A DNA stretch of 64,000 nucleotides from Spirochaetota bacterium (GTDB lineage: Bacteria > Spirochaetota > Spirochaetia > Treponematales > UBA12059), in the NCBI GenBank assembly GCA_026398615.1, contig JAPLSN010000041.1:2578-66577 (forward strand). Direction: 5' to 3'. Position numbers and translations under genes: made by a program. The notes below the pieces were generated by a model, which ran no database searches, was not told the DNA's origin, and saw only the letters and a program-made list of their open reading frames with translations. Numbering within the stretch: position 1 is the stretch's first letter; every line of letters begins with the position of its first letter. Below are positions 57,442 through 64,000 of the stretch, piece after piece.

Positions 57442-59019
57442 ATGGAACGACTTCTCCGGGAAATCCTGGTTTCTATCGACCCTTCGACGGTGACGATCTC
57501 AGGTTCCCCCGGCATCGAAGTCCGGGGACTGGCATACGATTCCCGCGATATCCGTCCGGGTTTCCTGTTCTTCGCCCTGCCCGGCCTACATTCCGACGGA
57601 CATGACTTCATCGGCCGGGCCGTGGAAGCAGGGGCGTCCTGCGTAGTGCACGAAAAGCCGCTGACCCGCAGTCTGGACGGGGTAGCTTCCGTCCGCGTCC
57701 CGGACGCGCGGTTCGCCATGTCCCCGATCGCGTCCGCCTTCTACGGTCATCCGTCCGATTCCCTCGTCGTCATCGGCGTGACCGGAACCGAGGGCAAGAG
57801 CACCACGGTCTACCTTGCCTATCAGCTCCTCGACCTCGCGGGTGAGCGTGCCGGCTTTTTCTCGACGGTCCGGCATCGGCTCGGGGCGGACGAAGTGGAC
57901 AATCCCGAGCACCAGACCACGCCGGAGGCGCCCGTGGTCCAGCGCATGCTCGCGGACATGCGGGACTACGGCATGCGCTACGCCGTCGTGGAAGCGTCGT
58001 CGCACGGGCTCTCCCCGCGTCTGAACAGGCTCGGGGACGTGGCCTTCGACGTCGGCGTCTTCATGAACGTGACGCACGAGCACCTGGAATTCCACGGCAC
58101 CTGGGAACAGTACCGCGACGACAAGGCCAACCTGTTCCGCGCGCTCGACCTCCATTCCCACCGCAAGATCATGGGTGGGGTCCCCGTGGACGTACCGTCC
58201 TTCGGGGTCGTGAACGGCGACGAACCGTCGGCGGCGTATTTCCGCCAGGCGACGCGACGCTCGGTTCGCGCATACTCGGGCAAGGGCAACCCGGCGGAGC
58301 TTTCGGCCACCGCCATCGAACCCGACGCGCGGGGGAATTCCTTCCTCATCGTCGAGGGGGAAACGCGCATGAAGGCGCGCATCGAGCTCCCCGGCGCCTT
58401 CAACGTGGACAACGTCCTGGCCGCCCTCCTCGCGGTCTCGGGATCGACGGGACGCCCGGTCGCTGACTTCGTTCCCCTCCTGCCGCAACTCAAGCCCGTC
58501 AGGGGCAGGATGACGGTCGTGGACAGGGGACAACTTTTCGAAGTGCTCGTGGATTACGCGCACACCCCTTCATCCTTCGTCACCATCTTCCCGCCAATCC
58601 GCAAGCGGGCGCCTGGTCGGATCATCTCGCTCTTCGGTTCGGGCGGCGAACGCGATACGGCCAAGCGCCCCCAGCAGGGTCGGATCGCGGCCGACTTCTC
58701 TGACATCGTCATCCTGTCCGACGAGGATCCCCGGGGAGAGGTCCCGGAGCGGCTCCTGGAGATGATCGCGGCGGGCTGCCCCGAGAAAAAGCGCGGCGAG
58801 GAGCTGTTCCTCATCCCGGACCGTCCGACCGCCCTGCGCAAGGCTTTTTCCCTGGCGGGCCCGGGCGACATCGTCCTGCTCCTGGGCAAGGGCCACGAAA
58901 ATTCCATCATCTATCGCGACGGTCCCGTGCCGTACGACGAAATAGGCGAGGCTGAAAAAGCCCTCGCCGAACTGGGATACCGGCAGGCTCAGGCGCCGGT
59001 CAAAGAGGAGACATCATGA
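57442..59019 (+). CDS. murE: UDP-MurNAc-L-Ala-D-Glu:diamino-acid ligase
   Basis: GVTGTEGKSTT, TTPEA, EASSHGL, N.THEHLEFHG, VDYAHTP, GSGGERD..KRP, DEDPR, GKGHE. Confidence 0.96.
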   Translation: MERLLREILVSIDPSTVTISGSPGIEVRGLAYDSRDIRPGFLFFALPGLHSDGHDFIGRAVEAGASCVVHEKPLTRSLDGVASVRVPDARFAMSPIASAFYGHPSDSLVVIGVTGTEGKSTTVYLAYQLLDLAGERAGFFSTVRHRLGADEVDNPEHQTTPEAPVVQRMLADMRDYGMRYAVVEASSHGLSPRLNRLGDVAFDVGVFMNVTHEHLEFHGTWEQYRDDKANLFRALDLHSHRKIMGGVPVDVPSFGVVNGDEPSAAYFRQATRRSVRAYSGKGNPAELSATAIEPDARGNSFLIVEGETRMKARIELPGAFNVDNVLAALLAVSGSTGRPVADFVPLLPQLKPVRGRMTVVDRGQLFEVLVDYAHTPSSFVTIFPPIRKRAPGRIISLFGSGGERDTAKRPQQGRIAADFSDIVILSDEDPRGEVPERLLEMIAAGCPEKKRGEELFLIPDRPTALRKAFSLAGPGDIVLLLGKGHENSIIYRDGPVPYDEIGEAEKALAELGYRQAQAPVKEETS

Positions 59020-60104
59020 CGATCGCACTGTTGTATGGCGGCAAGTCGGGCGAGCATGAAGTCTCGCTCAGGTCCTCCGCCAGCGTCGCCCGCCACGTGA
59101 AGCCGGGCCACACCCTTGTCCTCATCGGCATCGACCATGACGGGGCGTGGTACCTCCAGCCCAAAGCGGTGCTCGACGACGCGCTCGCTGGCGACAACCC
59201 CCTGGGCCTGGTCGTCGACGGCGCGGCCCTCGTTTCCGCAATACCCGGCCGCGGGCTCGCGCTTGCCGGATCATCCTCCCCGATCCGGCTCGATGTAGTC
59301 TTCCCCGTGCTGCACGGAACCTTCGGCGAGGACGGGACGATCCAGGGCCTGCTCGAGCTTTCCGGGGTCCCGTATATCGGCTGCGATGTCCTCGGGAGCG
59401 CCGTGGGCATGGACAAGGAAATGGCCAAGAACCTGTGGGACCGCGCCGGTTTGCCCGTCGTTCCCTTCGTACCGATCCGCAAATGCGACCTCAGCCCCCA
59501 AGTCCTTGAAAAAGCCCGGGTCAGGTCCGAAGCCGCTTTCGGCTACCCCATGTTCGTCAAACCGACCTGCTCCGGCTCGTCGGTCGGCACTTCGAAAGTA
59601 GCCGACGCGGCTGGCTTTGATACCGCCGTGCGCGCGGCGCTGGAATGGGATTTCCGAGCCCTCGTGGAACCCTTCATCGCGGCGCGCGAGATAGAATGCT
59701 CGGTCATCGGCAACGGGACCGTACGATCCTTCCTTCCTGGAGAAATTGTCCCCCGACACGAGTTTTACGACTACGAAGCCAAGTACATCGACCCGGATGG
59801 TGCTGCCCTCATCATTCCTGCCGACATACCCCCGGAAACTGCCGCGAGGGTACGCAACGTGGCGGAAAGGGCCTATGTCGCCGCCGGGCTCAACGGCATG
59901 GCCCGCGTGGATTTCTTCCTCGACAAGCGCACCGGCGAAGTCTACCTCAACGAAGTGAATACGATACCCGGCTTTACCTCCATCAGCATGTTCCCGAAAA
60001 TGTGCGAAGCCGGCGGATTGGCCTTCCCTGATCTCATCGACGAACTCGTGAATCTGGCCATCGAACGGGGCAAACGCAGGAGTGAACTGCGTTTCGTGCG
60101 CTGA
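59016..60104 (+). CDS. ddl: D-alanine--D-alanine ligase
   Basis: GGKSGEHEVSL, FPVLHGTFGEDG, GSSVG, FYDYEAKY, NEVNTIPGFT. Confidence 0.97.
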   Translation: MTIALLYGGKSGEHEVSLRSSASVARHVKPGHTLVLIGIDHDGAWYLQPKAVLDDALAGDNPLGLVVDGAALVSAIPGRGLALAGSSSPIRLDVVFPVLHGTFGEDGTIQGLLELSGVPYIGCDVLGSAVGMDKEMAKNLWDRAGLPVVPFVPIRKCDLSPQVLEKARVRSEAAFGYPMFVKPTCSGSSVGTSKVADAAGFDTAVRAALEWDFRALVEPFIAAREIECSVIGNGTVRSFLPGEIVPRHEFYDYEAKYIDPDGAALIIPADIPPETAARVRNVAERAYVAAGLNGMARVDFFLDKRTGEVYLNEVNTIPGFTSISMFPKMCEAGGLAFPDLIDELVNLAIERGKRRSELRFVR

Positions 60105-60148
60105 CACCCTGAACGCCAACGGCATTTTTATGCAGTCGGCGTAAATAT

Positions 60149-60167
60149 TTATTTATCTGATAAATAA
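60149..60167. promoter_or_regulatory. AT-rich 9-1-9 palindrome upstream of the rocD promoter
   Basis: TTATTTATC-T-GATAAATAA; extended -10 TGGTATACT at 60201-60209. Confidence 0.6.
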
Positions 60168-60251
60168 TTGCAATTTGCGATGGCACGAAAATGGAAGGAA
60201 TGGTATACTGGACTTGCTCGTTTCCCGACCGGGGAACAAGGAGGTACTTTC

Positions 60252-61454
60252 ATGAAATCGCAGGATTTTATCGATTTGGACGAAAAATACGGTGCGCATA
60301 ACTATCACCCGTTGCCCGTTGTCATTGCCAACGCCAAAGGCTGCAAGGTGACGGATCCCGAGGGAAAGGTGTATTTCGATTTTCTCTCGGCCTATTCCGC
60401 CGTCAACCAGGGACATCTGCATCCCAAGATCATCAAGGCGGTTCGCGATCAGCTCAATCGGGTCACGCTCACGAGCCGTGCGTTCCACAACGACAAGATG
60501 GGTCTCTTTCTCAAGAAGCTCTGCGAGTTCACCGGTTATGAAAACGCGCTCCCGATGAACACGGGCGCCGAAGCCGTCGAGACCGCCATCAAGGCCGCCC
60601 GCCGCTGGGGCGTCGAGGTCAAGGGCGTCGAAAACGGCAAGCAGGAAATCATCTGCGTCAACGATAATTTCCACGGCAGGACCATCGCCGTGATCTCCAT
60701 GTCCAACGATCCGGATTCCACCGTCAACTACGGACCCTACCTTCCCGGGTTCAAGCGCGTCCCCTACGCCGACGCCGACGCGATCGCGAGGGCTGTCACG
60801 CCGAACACGGTCGCCGTCATCCTGGAACCCATCCAGGGTGAAGCCGGCGTCTGCGTGCCGCCCCACGGGTACCTCGCGAAGGTCCGGGAAATCTGCACGA
60901 AAAACAAAATCCTTTTCATCCTGGACGAAATCCAGACCGGTTTCTGCCGGACCGGCAAGCGCTTTGCCTGGGAGCATGAGGGCGCCCGCCCCGACATCAT
61001 GTGCCTCGGCAAGGCCCTCGGCGGCGGTATCATGCCGATATCCGCCATCGTCGCCGATCACGCCATCATGAAGGTTTTCACGCCCGGCTCGCACGGTTCC
61101 ACCTTCGGCGGAAACCCGCTGGCCTGCGCCGTGGGCATCGCCGCCCTGGAAGTCCTCGTGGACGAAAAGCTCGACGAGAATGCCGAACGCCTCGGGAAGA
61201 TCTTCCGCGAGGAAATGGGAAAGATAAAGTGCCCTAGAGTCAAGCTCGTTCGCGGAAAGGGACTCCTCAACGCCGTGCTGTTCGAGGAAAAGTTCGAAGC
61301 CTGGAACGTCTGCCTCGCGCTCCGCGACGCGGGGCTCCTCGCTAAGCAGACCCACGGCAACATCATCCGCTTCGCCCCGCCCCTCGTCATCACCGAGAAG
61401 GAGCTCCGCGAAGCCATCGCCATCATCAAGGGCGTCTTCGAGAAGATCGCCTGA
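60252..61454 (+). CDS. rocD: Ornithine--oxo-acid aminotransferase
   Basis: YGAHNYHPLPVV, DFLSAYSAVNQGH, LPMNTGAEAVETA, EPIQGEAG, DEIQTG, GKALGGG, HGSTFGGNPL. Confidence 0.96.
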   Translation: MKSQDFIDLDEKYGAHNYHPLPVVIANAKGCKVTDPEGKVYFDFLSAYSAVNQGHLHPKIIKAVRDQLNRVTLTSRAFHNDKMGLFLKKLCEFTGYENALPMNTGAEAVETAIKAARRWGVEVKGVENGKQEIICVNDNFHGRTIAVISMSNDPDSTVNYGPYLPGFKRVPYADADAIARAVTPNTVAVILEPIQGEAGVCVPPHGYLAKVREICTKNKILFILDEIQTGFCRTGKRFAWEHEGARPDIMCLGKALGGGIMPISAIVADHAIMKVFTPGSHGSTFGGNPLACAVGIAALEVLVDEKLDENAERLGKIFREEMGKIKCPRVKLVRGKGLLNAVLFEEKFEAWNVCLALRDAGLLAKQTHGNIIRFAPPLVITEKELREAIAIIKGVFEKIA

Positions 61455-61470
61455 AACGCGCAGCGAAGCG

Positions 61471-61505
61471 GAAAAACGCCTGCGCCGGAATGCCGGGCGT
61501 TTTTC
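61471..61505 (+). terminator. Terminator after rocD
   Basis: AAAAACGCC...GGCGTTTTT inverted repeat. Confidence 0.7.
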
Positions 61506-61636
61506 CGCCAGGAAGGGGCCATATCCGGCTCTTTCCCTCTCACGGAGGCCAGGATCAAAAAAGACGAATTGAAACCGGTCCGTCCGAAACACGAACGCAT
61601 GTCAAAGATTCTTGAAGCCTCCGAGGCCAGGAGCTG

Positions 61637-61927
61637 ATGCGCATCGCGCGGATCTGGTCGGACGAATCGGGCGATTCCCATTACGCCGACATCGAAGTCG
61701 AGCTCAAGCCGTCGGGGCCGCTGGGCCGGATGGCGGAACCGATTGCCGTCTCCTCCATGATCCTTCGGGAGAACGAACCGGGCTACGACTATGATTGGCA
61801 CGTCGCTCCGCGTCGGCAGTATATCGTCATGCTCGCGGGCCTCGTGGAGATCCATGCATCCGACGGGGACCGAACCGTCCATGGGCTACCGACGGCAATA
61901 GAGGCGTATCGGCAGCCAGGGCCGTGA
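61637..61927 (+). pseudogene. Cupin-like protein, apparently truncated at the C-terminus
   Basis: DESGDSH, DWHVAPRRQYIVML.G.VEI.ASDG match a small cupin family; the expected second cupin motif is absent before the stop, next to the GC drop. Confidence 0.5.
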
Positions 61928-61935
61928 AAGGGCAG

Positions 61936-62685
61936 TTACCCTTTCCCTGATTCCTCGTTCAGTTGTTTTATAATATTCCCTGCATTCCCGAATTTTGGGC
62001 TTTTCGCCTTTACTCGATCAAGGAACTCAATGGCCTTTCTGGTTTCCTTTTTTGCCAAGTTACAGATGCCTATTCCATACACTATGGCAAGTTCATCTTC
62101 ATTCATGGGGATATGGGGGGGGTCAAACCTCGAAAAAACCTTTATAGCCCTGCCGTAATCGCCCAGTTCATAGAGTACCGAACCCAATAGCCGCACCGCC
62201 TTGACTGTCATTTTTTCAAGGGAAACGTCAATAAGCATATCCTTGGCTCTTTGCAGATTATGGGCAGAATAAAAAAAACTTGATGCCACAAATCTCAAGA
62301 AAGACGTATCCAATTCATGAAATTTTCTTGAAAGAAGCTCCGCGGTTTTACCGTAATCTTCAGGTTTTTTCTTCACCGAGGCATTTATTTGCACGAGGAT
62401 TTCTTCATTCGGCTGGATGTTTGCAGAGTATACGATATTTTCAACGGCCTTCTCCAATTCTCCCTTGTCGATCAGTTTTTTGGCCCGTATCAGGAATTTG
62501 GAAGAACGGTACCCGTCCGAGAGGATATACAATACGTTGAGAATCGCAGAGACGGCAAAGGTGATTGCCGTAAAAAGCAGCTTGGTCCTGTAAAAAAGCG
62601 CGAAGAAGGCAAAAATATATCCAATTATGTAGAACGACACCAGCATTTTCGGGAACTTCCGTATCCTGATCATCCAATTCTCCAT
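61936..62685 (-). CDS. Membrane-anchored TPR protein, low GC
   Basis: Two N-terminal TM helices, TPR-like repeats (LLGSVLYELGDYGRA, VYGIGIC), AT-rich codons. Confidence 0.8.
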   Translation of the reverse strand: MENWMIRIRKFPKMLVSFYIIGYIFAFFALFYRTKLLFTAITFAVSAILNVLYILSDGYRSSKFLIRAKKLIDKGELEKAVENIVYSANIQPNEEILVQINASVKKKPEDYGKTAELLSRKFHELDTSFLRFVASSFFYSAHNLQRAKDMLIDVSLEKMTVKAVRLLGSVLYELGDYGRAIKVFSRFDPPHIPMNEDELAIVYGIGICNLAKKETRKAIEFLDRVKAKSPKFGNAGNIIKQLNEESGKG

Positions 62686-62695
62686 TTTAAAAGGA

Positions 62696-62719
62696 AAGGA
62701 GGGCCTGAGCCCTCCTTTA
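62696..62719. terminator. Terminator after the NCS2 gene
   Basis: AAAGGAGGGC-CTGA-GCCCTCCTTT. Confidence 0.8.
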
Positions 62720-62735
62720 CAAACCCCTGGAAAGA

Positions 62736-64000
62736 TTACTTTCCGACAATTCCCCTTTCTTTTGGAGTTCCCGGAATGACGTTATCAAGGATACCGGCGA
62801 TGATACCGCCAACGGCCATACCGTTCTTCAGAATGCCGTTGAGAAGGCCCGCAAGCCAGTTTGCATTGGCAAAGACAAGCGTATGCGCTCCCATATAGCC
62901 GGGAAGTCCAAGGCCAAAGGTAAATGCAACACCGAAAATCAAGAGGTTTCTTGTAGATGTCACATCCGCACGGGTAAACACCTGAAGTCCAAGGGCTCCG
63001 ATGAGACCGAACAGCGAAAGATACGCGGCCCCAATGATCGGTGAAGGAATGGTGCTGATGATGGTTCCAAACTTCCACAGGAAGCCAAGTACAATCAAGA
63101 TAACCGCGCCGGTCCGGATGACTCTTCTGGACGCGATACCGGTGAGAGCGACGATCCCGATATTCTCCGTATAGCTGGTCGTTCCGACGCCGCCCATAAT
63201 ACCGGAGATCATGCAGCCCAGACCTTCCGAACCGATACCTCTGGATATCATCTTTGCGGTAGGATCGGAGAGCCCGGAAGCATAGCTGATACTGTGGTAG
63301 TCGCCGATCGACTCAATCATCGAAGAGGTATAGGCCGCAAGAATTGCCGTGAAGGCGAGTACATTGAAATGCAGTGTCTGTCCGATGGTTCCATAACGGA
63401 ACAGCGTCGGGAAGACTATCCATGGAGCGTCCGCAATGGCCTTCATGTTGACAAACATCGCGTGTCCCTGCGGGAACCAGCCAATGACCGTTCCGAGGAG
63501 TGCAAAAAGATACAGCACTACCATCGTGATGAAAACCGGGAACGCATTGATGCTTTTGTTCTTGATGATAAGGGATAAAGTCAAGACAAGCGCCACGCCG
63601 ATGATGGAAACCGGCCAGAAGGAAGAAGCCGTGCTCACGGCGGTCCCCGCAAGGCCGAAACCGATCAGCATGATCGTCGGTCCGATCACCACGGGGGTGA
63701 TGATCTTTTTCAGAAGCCCCGCAAGGCCCGAGTAACCGACAATCAACTCATAGATACCGCCATAGACAAGCGCTCCGCCCAGAGCCTGCATCATCTCGTT
63801 GACGCCGCCGCCGCCGCTTTTGACGCTTTCGAAAATTATCATCGCGGCGGGGATGAATGAAAACGACGATCCCTGGATGATTGGGAGACCGGAACCGATT
63901 TTTGAATAGGCCTGGAGCAACGTTCCGATACCGGTAACCATGTATACGGTGGCAACGAAAATACCCATTTGCTGTACATTCATGCCCATCGCCTGTCCGT
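62736..64000 (-). CDS. NCS2 nucleobase:cation symporter (uracil/xanthine permease); 5' end lies outside the window
   Basis: LPIIQGSSFSFI, ITPVVIGPTIMLIG, ESIGDY, TTSYTENIG...LTG.ASR signature. Confidence 0.93.
   Translation of the reverse strand, partial: GQAMGMNVQQMGIFVATVYMVTGIGTLLQAYSKIGSGLPIIQGSSFSFIPAAMIIFESVKSGGGGVNEMMQALGGALVYGGIYELIVGYSGLAGLLKKIITPVVIGPTIMLIGFGLAGTAVSTASSFWPVSIIGVALVLTLSLIIKNKSINAFPVFITMVVLYLFALLGTVIGWFPQGHAMFVNMKAIADAPWIVFPTLFRYGTIGQTLHFNVLAFTAILAAYTSSMIESIGDYHSISYASGLSDPTAKMISRGIGSEGLGCMISGIMGGVGTTSYTENIGIVALTGIASRRVIRTGAVILIVLGFLWKFGTIISTIPSPIIGAAYLSLFGLIGALGLQVFTRADVTSTRNLLIFGVAFTFGLGLPGYMGAHTLVFANANWLAGLLNGILKNGMAVGGIIAGILDNVIPGTPKERGIVGK

Noticed and set aside
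60181-60196. sigma54 promoter for rocD (TGGCACG, by analogy with Bacillus roc operons)
   Set aside because: The -12 element is TGGA rather than TTGC. The hexamer fits better as the -35 of a TGGTATACT sigma70 promoter. A similar TGGCAC-TTGC near 15500 has the wrong spacing.
1-64000. Many long antisense or alternate-frame ORFs in the track (e.g. 7092-8828 -, 20413-21999 +, 29048-30904 +, 47661-49649 +, 49212-50594 -)
   Set aside because: They are shadows of real genes caused by high GC3. They fully overlap recognisable CDS and carry no family motifs.
1-64000. CRISPR array, rRNA, tRNA, tmRNA, IS or integrase
   Set aside because: No regularly spaced repeats, RNA-gene signatures or transposase/recombinase motifs were seen by eye. 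A covariance-model scan would be needed to exclude divergent ncRNAs.

Overview
64-kb chromosomal window from a high-GC bacterium (sampled lines about 60-67% GC), most likely a spirochaete (Treponema/Rectinema-like). That call rests on recalled, not searched, gene neighbourhoods (lepB-lepB-hemW next to smpB; rsmD-hypothetical-TPR-rlmN), the many TPR and FecR-domain proteins, and a MurE with a DEDPR motif. It is mostly housekeeping DNA, with about 52 CDS. These include the liv transporter, mutL, rex, plsC, pdxY, hemW, two lepB, smpB, rsmD, rlmN, ftcD, an SSS symporter, a heterodimeric ABC exporter, murD/murE/ddl, a GldA/F/G-DUF4340 module, rnz, add, tldD/pmbA, a DEAD helicase, a TIGR03960-like radical SAM enzyme, queD, rocD and an NCS2 permease. 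I found no rRNA, tRNA, CRISPR array, transposase or integrase. Observations worth follow-up: (1) smpB has an in-frame TAG at codon 132, where Lys is expected, and the intact C-terminal tail follows it. (2) A TPR/Mrr-like + metallophosphoesterase + ParB/Srx-like gene run of unknown function. (3) A tandem pair of paralogous putative beta-barrel proteins, one fused to a FecR domain. (4) About ten genes whose start codon sits 6-10 nt after a sigma70 -10 box with no Shine-Dalgarno, suggesting leaderless translation. (5) A decayed ORF with a frameshift, an in-frame TGA and a hairpin, next to a structured leader of the SSS gene. (6) A sharp GC drop at about 61.9 kb that coincides with a truncated cupin gene. 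(7) Motif-level oddities in QueD, Rrf2, the GGDEF-like protein and the SSS transporter. Family assignments come from recognising motifs by eye; no database search was run.
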